A stretch of 64,000 bases of DNA from Botryllus schlosseri (Eukaryota). Positions 10,882 through 23,309 of this stretch are shown here, one piece after another. Each line of letters begins with the position of its first letter. Within the stretch, counting starts at the first letter, position 1. The stretch spans positions 29,576,001 through 29,640,000 of the forward strand of contig CM119371.1 of assembly GCA_051294905.1 (NCBI GenBank), read 5' to 3'. The translations under genes were made by a program, and so were the position numbers. A model generated the notes under the pieces. That model worked only from the letters and a program-made list of their open reading frames with translations. It was not told the origin of the DNA and did no database searches.

Positions 10882-11529
10882 GTATACAATGAGTAAAAGC
10901 TATGCAAAGCTCAGTACACACGCACTGCCGGCGTAAATCATTCGCAGCCAGGTGTGACCTGCGATTATTCCTTCATAAATACACATTCCCGGCTCCCGGT
11001 CAGGTCACTAGTCTGGTACGGTGTACTTGAGAAAACTTCGTCGATTGCTTACGAACTTTGATCCAAGCTATAAGGCAATGCCTGGCACTGTATGCAAAGT
11101 TGCGCAGCACAGTCTTCCATCAACGGATTTCGCAGCAGATGAATTAATCCGAAAAAGATACAACCGATTTCAAACCAATGTTTTTTTTTGATAGACTCAT
11201 CAAGATGACTAGGATTTCATCGTGATCAAAATATCAAATCTGCTCGCCTGTCTATACTATTCCTTACCAGTAGTATCCCTCTTGTTGTTGTAGAACAAAT
11301 GTGTATTGTAATTAAATTTTCACACAAAAACGAGAACAATTATGAATGTTTATTGTATATCGGCGTGACGCTTGCTGTTTCCTTTCAGAGACCAGTACAG
11401 AACTGCGAGGTTTCACCTTTGAAAGTGTTATCAATGTTAGCATATTGTTCGGTCGAAACGCCACAGCGGTATACCATGCAGTCGCCTAATTGCAAATTGC
11501 TCATATCTGTTGAGGATAGTTGCATTTCG

Positions 11530-12245
11530 GAAGGTGCCAATGTGACTGTGGCAGCGTGGGAAGAACGTCACATCGATCGCAGAAAGGCATAAAACAGCAT
11601 GCACATAGATTTACTAAAACACCCGCATCACGATCAGAGAAAATCTCACCCTTGACTCATCCCATGAAGCTTGATTCAGAACACGCAAATGCCATGAATT
11701 CTGCGATTGGCAAACATTTGTCGGATAATCCTGTTTGTGCGAAACATTATCTAGACGACAGACTTCACGTCGTCGGAAGAGGACTCTCACAGTTTCATTT
11801 GTGTGCCTTCTGCCTTGGAGTCAACTTTTATCAAATTGCACCAGCCAAGTCTGGGGCAACAGAAAAATTTCCTGTGCCGTCTGAAAATGTCACTGACATT
11901 GAGCTTGAACGGTGTCTTCGTCTCAAATTTTCGAAGGTTCGTTCCTGTGACGTCACATTTTGTGATACAACTGTTGATAATTGAATAGTTTATTCATATT
12001 GAAATGAACTAGTTGCTGACGATTAGGCTTACCCCTGACGAGTGCCAGCCGACAATATTCGGATTCATTTAAGTATGAATATACTATTCCATTGTATATT
12101 GGAGTTCTGTACCTCCTAGAAGATGTTAAATTGTTGATAAACAATAACTTTCAAATTCTCCACTAGATGCTGATGATTATTATTTCTGACCAAGGTCAGC
12201 CGTACATATTCACGTTCATTTTAATATGAATATACTATTCAATAT
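11530..12245 (+). mobile_element. Degenerate Penelope-like fragment (GIY-YIG) with two tandem pseudo-LTR copies
   Basis: CQCDCGSVGRTS...SAIGKHLSDNPVC...LESTFIKLHQP, homologous to 4480-5280. Two copies of the 3' motif (12010-12090, 12163-12245) with mutated hammerhead cores. Confidence 0.8.
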
Positions 12246-12484
12246 AGTTTGATAATAATAAATCAAACATATATCCGCGAAACCAGAATCATTTCAAAAG
12301 GAGTCATTCTAACCTAAACTATAAGTGACTTATCGCAAGAAACAGAAATACCGGAATATATCAAGGAATGGTAGGCTACTGTAAACAACGAAAACACCAT
12401 ACGTATATTGTATCCAACAGATAATATCTGATCCAAGTATTGAAACCAGTTATTCACTCAAGAATACAGCTGCTCGGTCTAGCG

Positions 12485-13774
12485 CAGTGGCTCCCATCCT
12501 TTTTCGTCTCATCGCCCCCTTTTGAAGCTCCTCACCGATCATCGCCCCCCCCCCCCCCAAATATTGGGAATGAAAAAAAATGGGCATACAATGTGGGATC
12601 ACCGGCGAGTTTACTAATAAAATAAGGACAACTTATCGGCTCGACCTCGAAACTACACTTCTACAGCCTACAAAAAGTCATTTCTCCGACTTGACTTCCA
12701 TCAGGACCGTAACAGCACTTCGTCACCCCCCCCCTCCCCCACAAAAAGAAAACGTTGGTCTTGGGCCCGATAGGGTGGTAAATCAAATCCCAGCCCCCTC
12801 ATCCAGTCGTTACATATAAGCCATGCCCTATTTCATGTGCTGTTTTGTGAGTCACTGTACTTCGCCTATATAAACGCGCGAAACGCGAAAAATTTATATA
12901 ATTCATACTTGAATCGGTCAATATGGTCGGGAATTGCATATATATTGCTATCAATTTTTTATCCTCTCTCTGCTCATATAATCAGATTTATTGGTAGAGC
13001 TAAGTGTGGTGTGTTGGAAACGTTAGGACCCATAAATAATATTTAAACATCTTCGAGCGGACCCTTTTTTATATTACCTTCGTTACATGATGCTATTTCG
13101 TGACCTCCTATATCTGCTATGTCGAAAGATATGGATATCGCCAAAACGTATACCAAACTAAAAGACGCATATTGTTTCAAATGGGTATTTCTTTAGTGGC
13201 ATATAATTTTCCCTGCGGGGTGGCATTTGTCTTGTCGGGTTCAGATCGCCAGGATAGGAACATTCGACGCTAGCTATTGAGGCGCCTAAGGACAATTAAA
13301 CATATATGTATATCGACGTTTTCGATCAGCACAAGGGCATTACTTTTCGTCCAAGGTCTTCTCGCTGCTGATCGTTCTGGCACACTTCTCGGAGTTGCAT
13401 GAGACATGGCATATAACCTCATATGTATTGGTGCGCCGTGGCGCAGTAATGGCCGACGGCGAAGTCTCCATTTCCATAAATCATGCGTAATTTTGGTGGG
13501 GTGACATGAATTTCCAAATTAAATACTCTATAATTTATGTTAATTCACGAAATAATTTTGGGCCCCTTCGAGTTCGGCCCCTAATTGGGGGTTTTGGGTG
13601 CGGCAGTTATGGTCCTGACTCCAATATAGCCGTTTTAACGCGCCATCGCCCCCTATCGCCCCATCGTTGTTTTCGCTCCCTATCGCCCCTTCGTCACTTT
13701 TCGTCCCCCCCTATCGCCCCTCCGTTATTTTCGCCCCCCAGGGACCGCCAATTCGCCCGCGTTGGGAACCACTG
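12485..13774. mobile_element. Non-autonomous hAT element (Buster/Charlie-type ends)
   Basis: TIRs CAGTGGCTCCCA / TGGGAACCACTG, perfect 8-bp TSD GTCTAGCG (12477-12484, 13775-13782), subterminal ATCGCCCC repeats. Confidence 0.9.
12702..13617. mobile_element. hAT MITE (CAGGACCGTAAC family) nested in 12485-13774
   Basis: TIRs CAGGACCGTAAC / GTTATGGTCCTG, 6/8 TSD (ACTTCCAT/ACTCCAAT). Ends match the copy at 45090-45898 in inverted orientation. Confidence 0.75.
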
Positions 13775-13794
13775 GTCTAGCGCATTCCGCGGGG

Positions 13795-14040
13795 AAATTG
13801 TCGCCAAAGCGATGGAAGATATTTATTTTTGGGAATTATTATAGCATTTGATTGTTCCACTTGATAAATTACGTGACGTTTAAAAAGTAAGCATGTTCTT
13901 CAGCTTTGTGGAATAATATGATCTTAGTCGTTGCTACTTTACAGAAATGTACGGTTGAAATTACAATATGACGAGACGTGACGTCATAGATTCACGTTCG
14001 TGTTCACTGTTCACACAGAACCATGTTCACACCATCCCTA
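13795..14040. mobile_element. Partial copy of the TAGGGATGGTGTGAAC hAT family
   Basis: Ends in GTTCACACCATCCCTA; internal sequence aligns by eye to 41945-42261. Confidence 0.75.
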
Positions 14041-15091
14041 GCAAAACGAAAGTTGCAATTGCCTGCAGTAAGTTCAGTATGCTTCGTTTCTTCACATAGT
14101 GTAACCCCTTTGCTCTTGGCTTCATAACTAATTGTGAATGTGCGAAATTTAGATGTTCCTTGCGCGAAATACCTTCGCAAGACTATCCCGATCACTTTCA
14201 TGTGACGTGACAGGACATCACTCCTGCCGAATCCTTTGCCGTAAAGCTCGCAGCTGAATCCGCTGATAACGCTGTGAACAAACATGCGCCTGTTAAAGAG
14301 TAGCAGTAATGGCATTGCTCTTTGTTGGCACCACACTGGCATTTCGGATGCTTTCTCTCACTTTTATTAATAGATATCATCTTCGCACAAATGTTGCACG
14401 CATATTCTCGGACGCCGGTATGAATTTTCAGGTGTGATCGCGCAAGCCGGTGCGGCTCATGTGTGCTGTTTTCACAGGTTTCACAAACGATTTTGTGTTC
14501 AGGACGTGCCAACAAATGCGACTTCGTGAGATGTGATTCCCAATTGCCGTGGTGACAAGACAACATGTGCAACATATATCGTGTCGCTGTGGTTTGGTGT
14601 CGCCGGTAGACCTTCAGTGCGATCGTAAGCCGCTCCGCCGGCGAAAATTCACGTCACACACCTCGCATGTGAATTCCCTAATATGTGATTATAAAGAGTC
14701 CTTCCTGCGAAGCTCACGTCTGCATGGCATATGTCGCATCGATATTCATATACGCCAAAACGAATGCTCATATCTGATTTCATGTTGGCATTTTGAGTGA
14801 ACGCCCGTCTGCAGATTTCAAAAACATATAAATGTATATTGTAATGAATTGTGAGGTGCCGTTGCCAAGTATGTTTATGACGAAATTCACTGTCGCATAC
14901 TTGGCGCATCGGTCCTGTTTGACGTCGCTGTGGACATGCATTTGCCCTTATAAACGTTTATCACTGCAAAAATCCGTGACACACACACCACATTTTTTTC
15001 AGAGCCAGTATAAATTTCCATGTGTTGTTTCATTTTCATGTGACACCTGAATTCCTTTCCACATATTTCGTGAACTGAGTATTATCTTACA

Positions 15092-15560
15092 ATTAAATAG
15101 TATATTCATATTGAAATGAACCCGAATATTTTCGGCTGACACTCGTCAGGGGTAATCGTCAGCAACTAGTAGAGAATTGGAAAGAACATTGTATATCAAC
15201 AATCGTATCACAAAATATGACGTCACCAGCATGAAATTTCGAATAAGAGAGCGTTCAATGTACTATTTTTAGGTGATACACGAACTCCTTTTGTTGACAG
15301 AGTTTTGGTTGGTGTATTTTGATAAAAGTTGATTCCAAGGCACACAAATGGAATTGTGAACGGCCTCGACCTACGATTCGAAATCGGTCGTCTCGATAAT
15401 TATTCGCACAAATCGGATTATCCAACAGATGTTTGCCGATGGCAGAATTAATTGCCTTTGATCGATCAGCATCAATCTTAAGTGGATGAGTTAAGGGTGA
15501 GCTTTTCACATCGCGTGACGCACGTGTTCTGATAAATCTGGGGACATGTTGGTTTATGCG
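15092..15560 (-). mobile_element. Penelope-like 3' fragment inserted in the ZNF pseudogene
   Basis: ORF 15255-15509 SAIGKHLLDNPICANNY...LESTFIKIHQPKLCQQKEF; near-identical to the reverse complement of 4815-5270. Confidence 0.9.
15120..15163 (-). ncRNA. Minimal type I hammerhead ribozyme (Penelope pseudo-LTR)
   Basis: Minus strand ACCC CTGACGA G-TGTCAGC-C GAAA ATAT TC^GGGT: intact CUGANGA and GAAA boxes, UUC cleavage triplet, stem I ACCC/GGGU, palindromic AAUAUU stem III. Upstream GCUGAC is complementary to loop II. Confidence 0.75.
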
Positions 15561-15995
15561 GTCCTATCTGGTCGGCGTGCATCAGCTGATGAGCTCTCAA
15601 AGTTGATTTGCGACCGAAATCCATTTCGCATATACAGCACATCGGTACTGTTTGACCTCGCTATGGACACGCGCGTGAGATTTTATAGCAATATTTTCAC
15701 GAAACGCCTTTCCGCATACATCTCATCCGTGTATCTTGGTGCCGAAACGTTTTGGCGTGCATAGTTTCGAAGCACATCGACAAGTGACATCGAAATATCT
15801 GATTGCATGCGGCACATCGGTGTTGTAAAAGGCCGCTGTGTTTTTCGGACTTCTCATTCAAAACACAACTGCATGCAAGTTGTGTACTGCATATGTTACA
15901 TGGATTCTCTGTTACCGCCATCTGAATTCCATATCGTAATCAAATCATTTTCAATATAGATTTGGTAGAAATCATCATCTGCATTTCTATGACAG

Positions 15996-16942
15996 TAGGG
16001 ATGGTGTGAACCTCTGAAATGTTCAGGTACGTATAAACGCGAACCTTTTTGAAAGGTTCTGTGTGAACGCGAACGTGAACCTAATGACGTCACGTGACGT
16101 CATATTGCTGATTATTTCAGTGAAGTGATATATTAAAGTACATATTGACTTTTTAAACTTCGCAAATGTACCAACTGGAGCAATCAAATGATATAATAAC
16201 CCCATAAAATCAATACCTTCCGTCGCTCTGCCAACAATTTCGACGAATACTTGCAAGGGAATATAAGCTTACGCCTTAACGGTCTGGGTCACACCGGACA
16301 ATGTATTCGGCGTCTGACAGTTGCTACGTTGATATTGAGAAGAGTGTAAAACGGGTTTCTATACTTACTAACGATATGACCCCATTACCAAGTTATATAT
16401 ACAGCAGTATCCAACATCCCCAATCGCACGGATTTGGTTTTTATGATCCGATAAACGTGAAATCGAGATGGAACCCGTACGCTTGCTATATTTTTTCACA
16501 GCAGACAACGGTATCAATTTCAGTGATTGATTGAATAAGCATCATCCACTGACTACCAACAGCTACAGGTAGCGTATTTCACTCTTGATGTTCTGTGATT
16601 ACGGGTCAAGCTCATAGTAGAGAGTCACTAAATATTTACAAAGATAAAGCCGATTATATCCAGCAAACCTTTGTAACAAAGCCAGTAAAGTTTTCGAGAT
16701 TGTCAAGGTACATGCTTGTTTAGTGTTATTTTTTTTATACGGCCAGCGCCATGCATAGCGTGGTCCGAAGGTGCAATGCAAAGAATTTCAATCAAAGATG
16801 TTTTAGTGATATGAAAATTGTAATATATGAAAAAGGTTCACAGTGCAGAACCTACCAAGGTTCGTCTGTGAACGTGAGCCTCTAAATTTCGGAGGTTCAC
16901 ACACAGAACGCGAACGTGAACCTCACATTCACACCATCCCTA
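15996..16942. mobile_element. Non-autonomous hAT element (TAGGGATGGTGTGAA family)
   Basis: TIRs TAGGGATGGTGTGAA / TTCACACCATCCCTA, 6/8 TSD (TATGACAG/AATGATAG), subterminal GAACC/GGTTC repeats. Inverted homologue at 41343-42261. Confidence 0.85.
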
Positions 16943-17928
16943 AATGATAGTGCGTCGATATTTGTAGCTTGCTCAATTGCTTAACTATGGTTACGGGTAT
17001 TCCGTCCCAGATGTCCGCGGGTATTTAAAAGTATAGAATTCGGCAGCAATAAGTGAATTATGACAGATACTGCAAAATAATATATAATATTAAATTAGGC
17101 AATTCTTTTATCTAAATACAGGAGCACCTGGTTATTGAAATACACGAATCGTTGGCAAATACGGAATCATAATAGAAGAATATCGGTCCGATGTAAATGA
17201 CCATTGTAATCGAAAAACATCACGATTACCACAAACAAAAATCACTGTAATCTAACCATTTATTTGTTTCGATGCTTAAAATATCACGAAGCAAATATTC
17301 AATCAACAGGAAAGCGTTCTGGAAAGAGACTGAATGTCAGAATCATGTCAGTGACAACACGAAATCGCCTGATCCTTATACCAAATTCTCAGATTTGACA
17401 GATCATTTCCGGATTTCCATATGTGCTTATTGCTATCGCAAACTTTACTTTAGTACGGGAGGGGGGGGGGGTGAGAATCATCTACTTCGTTATCATTGGA
17501 TTGATCAATCAATATATTTACTGCATCCCCGGGTTTAGTTACTAAGGCCATTCCGTACGATTAAGCCTGGCCTTTCACGAGCCCGGTGGAACTAGTCCGC
17601 GAACCCATAGTTTCTTAGAAAGAGAAGCACTCAGGTATGCGATTTCGCTCAGATTTATTTATACTACAAATATACTAATTTCTATAAACGTATCGACAAT
17701 TATCCGCCGATTTCATACAGGATATAAGAGAAATTACGATATTTCCGCGATTTGCCTCATTATCTTACTGTGCATTTGCCGACTTAAACTATCGCTATGT
17801 CGTCCCACGTCTGTGAGTGTGATTTTGCCCCTCTCCTATCCTTCGCCTGCATTTACGAATAGGTATATTTTCTCAATGCAACGTTGAGTGCGTCTTACCC
17901 TTAATAGCATGTATCAAGGCTATAATAA

Positions 17929-18891
17929 GGGGAGATGTGGTACCGATGGATCACTGGGACCGAAAATACTTGAAAGATTCTCCATGATAATTCCATGATT
18001 ACACTCCGTGAATTTGTCTACAATTACATGCCGACAGAATCTTTCCTCACATTCAAAAAAATTCGACCTGCGTGAGTTATGGGGTCTGTGACGAATGATT
18101 TACGTTTTAGGGGGTGTAAAGTAAATTTATATCGACATTTGCATTTTTTTATATCCTCGTTCAGACTAACAAACCCGCCATAATTTTTAATGTGGAGTAT
18201 AGGGCTTGTATCAGGGAATATAACGGCACATATTTTTTTGAATCAATACCGTCCTCGAGTGGACTATTTTCAAGTAAATTACAATATTTGTAGGGTGGGG
18301 GACCTATGGTACCATATCCAAATCAAGCAAAATAGATGGACCAACTAATCACTTAACAACAGAAACTCGCCTACATATATATAGGCTGTTTATCATAGCT
18401 ACCTGTGGTGTTTTATCGCTATTACGAGGTATTTGAAAGTCAAAATGTCGATTTGCGAGTAATATGTATGTGGCGTCAATTTTGTAAGTTTAGGCGTAAA
18501 ACAAAACATGATTTTATGCCAACATTTGAGTTGATATATTCTATTTTCTTCTTGAAGGTCGCGATGAAACATTCTTCATTGGCTTGCTGTAGCTTAGCTT
18601 ATAGTACACAACAAAACAAGTTACCAAATTTGAGTTTTTGAGCGCATGTCTCATAGGTCCAATGGTCGTGTGCCTTTGGACCCACCGGGTGGGGACCGAT
18701 GACACGTTCGAGCAGCAAGTTTTAAACGCTTATAAATATTTTATGAAAAGGCGGATATTCATGTAAATGTCCGCGATAGGTAGAGCTTGTATTGAAGTGT
18801 TGAGACAGCAAAAGATCTGCTATTCTCGGCTGAAGATTTGAGGGCCAGAGATCATTTTGCAATTTTTGATCAATCGGTACCACATCCCCCC
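17929..18891. mobile_element. MITE with 25-bp TIRs (possibly Tc1/mariner-pogo type)
   Basis: GGGGAGATGTGGTACCGATGGATCA at left and TGATCAATCGGTACCACATCCCCCC at right (2 mismatches). Internal GGGGACC repeats. TSD not clear. Confidence 0.7.
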
Positions 18892-19230
18892 AACCTCTCC
18901 AATCAATTTATTTCTGATTAAATTCGAAATCTCCAAGTCTGAATTCGGCATGAGATACGTTGGTACTCTGGAACATCAGTTAAACTCAGCACAGTGAGAA
19001 TATTCGTCATTAAATGATAAAGCGGGCGCTGTAAGGTACTCGTAACGGACGAATTCAGACATCAAAACAAACATCCACATTTATTCGGCAACGCTGAGAT
19101 AGGTTAATTCGATTAGTACCGCTTTATTTCAGTGGGGATTGTGGTTTACTATCGATGTTTCAAATATTTATATGGTATGAAAACAAACACAAAATATCAT
19201 GTTTCTTGGTCTGTATAATAATTATTTGTG

Positions 19231-19487
19231 AATAATATACCTTCATATTGAATAAACCCGAATATTTTCAATTATCGTCGGCAACTATAGTAGCGAATTG
19301 GAAAGAACATTGTTATTCAACAATCGTATCACCAAACATGACGTCACGTGCAGGAAAGTTGAAACAATCGCTTAAGCTTAAAGTACTATTTTAGATGGTA
19401 CACGAATTCCTTCTGTTGGCGCGAGCGGTGACATCATATTCGGTAATACGATTGTTGATATACAATGTTCTTTCCAGTTTGCTCACT
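19231..19487 (-). mobile_element. Old Penelope-like 3' end with a short inverted duplication
   Basis: Matches 15095-15300 with the ribozyme core deleted. 19428-19487 is an inverted copy of the same 3' UTR segment. Confidence 0.65.
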
Positions 19488-22400
19488 CTGATGTGAAGGA
19501 GGTTTGGATTACAGAGGCACAAGCGGCACAATCGCCCAGTGATTATTAATAGGAACTCGAGCGTATCGCTTCCATGACTTGTTCGCAGTTATAACATCCG
19601 CTGTTTGCTTACTGTTTTCTTCGACTGAATAATCCATGTCTGCTACCAACATAGTGGTTGATGAGAAGTGGCCGGATATTATTTATGACAGCCGACCAAC
19701 CGGACTCAAGTAAACATTATAAAGGTTTCGTTCCTTATTTACTCAAAATTATTACATCAGAGAGAATCTTAATGAAAATACACTTGTTTATCTACAAGCA
19801 AATGAGAAATGAAATCATAAATTAATTCAATATATCGTGTGCAATGCATTTCAGAAGCAAGCAGTGGCAGACAAGAAACGAAAAAGACTGTCCGGTTCTC
19901 ATTTCAACATAGATATTTAAGTTTCAGGATGTCATTTATGGCTGTCCTCCATACGATATAGAAATGATTGTTGAACACCACTGCTGTAAAGACATATTAG
20001 GTCAAGGGGTGAACTCATTCTGAGTTGATCAAACTTGTTCATTACATTGACCATTAGAAAATTGGTTCCGAGTGCCGTCTCCGTTGTCAGTTCAGCATGA
20101 AAAGAGTGGCATCATCATGAATTTTTACCGAGTTTTTCCCTCCGGGAAACTACACGACAATCTGCAGAAAAAGAAAATGTATTCAAATCTGCCCAGTGTG
20201 TAACCTAATAAAGACTGATACTGAGCATTGCACGGCTCGGCTCTGTCGCGGTTTATTGTTACTGATTGGCGATGATCTGTCATAAATGCGTGTGTCTACA
20301 GCAGTCCCAGTTAAGCTTGGGGCCAGCGCCCGCCATACTGGGCGGTTTTGAATTTGGATGCTATGGGGGCGCCTAAGAAGCTTTAGCAGTCTACGGTTTC
20401 CACAGAATTGGTAAAATCTCCAAATTTTCCGTCGCGTTTCACAAAAAATATCAGCTGATATCAGCAATAATATATGTATCGACAAATGCGATGCCTGTAT
20501 ATGACTATATGCCTGTATGTGCTATGTAGGCCGTTGTTTACTTCCTCTATATGCGTAGTCGTGGATCTCGAAGTCTTCCTACGCACCGTTTTATCACACC
20601 AGATAGAAGTTTCCTCAACAAACTGCTTCGAACAAAACATCCTATGTTGCAGTACATGACGTGTTGAAATCTGGAAATCTGGATTTCTGGCCAAAATGTT
20701 AGCTGGTATTTGAGAGATTCAAGGTATGAGATCGTACCCGACGGTTATCATAACAACCATGGTTTGAACGCAAAAGTAATATATACAATTATAGATTGTC
20801 AATTATATGAATGGTCATTGGGCACGATTCTATAGCGCAAGATATCTCCGATCGTGAAATCCAAACCCGAATAGATTGACAGGACACCACCTTCCCACCG
20901 CCGTTGATACAATCCCTGAAATATGGGGAACACTGGATCATGATGGAATCTGCACCGGGGCACCCGAAGAAAAAAGTTAAAGCACCACTGGTCTACAAAA
21001 TAAAATCCGTAATCAGCTTATAAACATCGGGGCTGACAAGCTCTGATGCCAAGAATGACAAGTTGATATGTTTACCTAAACGCCGGCGGCTATACTGCTA
21101 CTAGCCCGCAAACTATCCGTTATAGTTATCGTCTGTATGTATATGTGCACGATTGTGCAGAAGATTGTCGGGTGAATATAGCGCAGAGTGTAGTAGTAAT
21201 TGTCGATAATGTTTGATTTATGCAGTATTAGTTATATTTTGATGTAGATATTACAAATCCTATGGTGCTTACTGCTTATAGCAGTGCATGGATGTTGAAA
21301 CTTGAATATTGCCGTATGCGAAGCGATTTATCAGCTGTATTTAAGCTAGCATTATCACAATGCTATACGTTACACTCACAGAAAACGGTTATCTGTGTTG
21401 AGCATTATATTTAGGCTAGCGTCAGTAAGTACATTTGGACATTTTACCTCGAGTTTGCTATGACGAACGCATTATGTTCTCTGGGTTTACATGCACGAGC
21501 TCGTCTCGTCGGTAGTATATATTTAAATAATTTAAGATTGGTTTTGCGTTTGACGATCCACGCAAGCACGTATTTCCTGTCTAAAAATATTTGTTCATAT
21601 ACTTGGAATAAAGATTGGAAATATCATGAATGTGACCGAAAGACTCGCATTAGCTTTGAAATCATTCCGTAAATAGAGAGTTGAATAACGACAGGGGACA
21701 AGGGGACAAAACAATCATAAAAGTATTTTTAGCATCCGATATTCACCGGCACAACAACATATCATCCTAATCGATTGAGTGTACATTGAGACGAACGTAC
21801 TGCGCAATCTTGTGCATTTATATCGGCACCGAGTGGGAAGTGTATAACCGTGTGATACTGTGGTCCGATTGGGTTAATCGTAATAAGTATACACAAAATT
21901 TCAATATGAAAGTGCCGGTTGATTCCGCAATCGGAATTTTTTTAGCGTTGGGTTATGCTACAAGTTTTACCTAGACCCTTTCTAATCACAGCCGCATTTG
22001 GATCACTTATATCAGGGGTGGGCAACCTGCGGCAGTACAAGGAAATTTGAGCGGCCGTGACACGTAATTTAATTAGTCTATGTTGGCGGCAGTCGACAGG
22101 CAAATTAAATTTTTGGACAATTGAATTTTAATATATCTTTCTTTGCGCGATTCAATGCTGTACCTGTAGCTCATAGACAGTTTCTGTATACGAATGCTAA
22201 AATGAGGGATATTAGTTATGTCTAAAGCGGTCCAAGGCCGCTTCTGAAAACCGGGGAAGAGAATTCTTGCAGACTAGCGTCAAACGCATGGATGAATACC
22301 CGTCAGACAAGGATGTATCTTGAGTTCTGCTGGTCATACTCTTTTATATGTCGTTTATGTGAAGAATGTGAAACTCCACACAACTTTACTAACATCAAAA

Positions 22401-23009
22401 TAACTGCTCACAGTCAGTATAAATTTCGATGCGTCCAACATTGCTCAGCGTATATTTCCCCGCAAATTTGTGCATTAAGTGAAGGAATGTATGAAGATCT
22501 ATCACATCACGGCATAATAGTGCTCGCCCATTTGCTTGTATCAATGCTATAGTAACCAATATAGAATCTATTGCAATATGTGCATTCTTTTGAATTGGTT
22601 GGATGGTGGGAGCAGAGGCAGGCTAGCTACCTTAAGATTTTCGTCATCAGTAGCCTATACTCGAGTGTTTTCATACGACTCCATTCGTACTCTGAAGTTT
22701 GATATGCGGTCCCGACATCCTAAAAGGTTGGAAACCACAGGTTTAGGTGATTCCAATATATTTCCGCTATAGGCTACCGACAATACTGATGGGCGATCAA
22801 GAAATAAAACATGCAACGAAGCATGCTTACGTCGTAACGGTCTAGCCGAGACCGGAAAATGTATTCTCATGGCGTCAGACTATTGCTACGTTAGTATTGA
22901 TCAGAGTAAAATACCGGTTCTATACTTGCTGCAGAATTGCCTCGAAACAAGTTGTACAGTAGCAAACACGACAATCAAGCGTATTTGGATTTTATGATAC
23001 AATATATAA

Positions 23010-23125
23010 ATGATGAAGGTTTACAGTGCAGAACCTACCGAGGCTCTTTCGCGTACGCGAACCTCCAAATGCCTGAGGTTCACACTCTGAACTCGAACGT
23101 GAACCTCACGTTCACACCATCCCTA
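23010..23125. mobile_element. Terminal fragment of the TAGGGATGGTGTGAAC hAT family
   Basis: Matches 16830-16942 and ends in GTTCACACCATCCCTA, about 185 bp upstream of the ZNF-B ATG. Confidence 0.75.
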
Positions 23126-23309
23126 GTCGCTATCTCGGAATTTTTACAATAACAGCGATTCAGATATATTACACATATTTCCATAATATATGTCTTAGTG
23201 TATAGACTTCGATGTTTGATCATAATGCAACCTTTGATTTCTAATTAAGTTGTAGCATTTTACCTGACTGTTTACTTTTAACTGTTTCACCTAAAGAACA
23301 GGCGGTGGA

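Larger units (their letters stand above)
14198..15921 (-). pseudogene. Decayed C2H2 zinc-finger pseudogene interrupted by a Penelope-like insertion
   Basis: Finger remnants across frames (MAVTENPCNIC, HRCAACNQIF, VCDSEFRHKHTWQRHLTIH, HLKIHTGVREYACNICAK, CELYGKGFGRSDVLSRHMK), with frameshifts, stops and lost Cys/His. Confidence 0.85.

Noticed and set aside
14041..15995. ZNF pseudogene captured inside a hAT (Pack-type element)
   Set aside because: The flanking termini belong to two separate elements lying outside the gene, and the right one has its own TIR pair and TSD.
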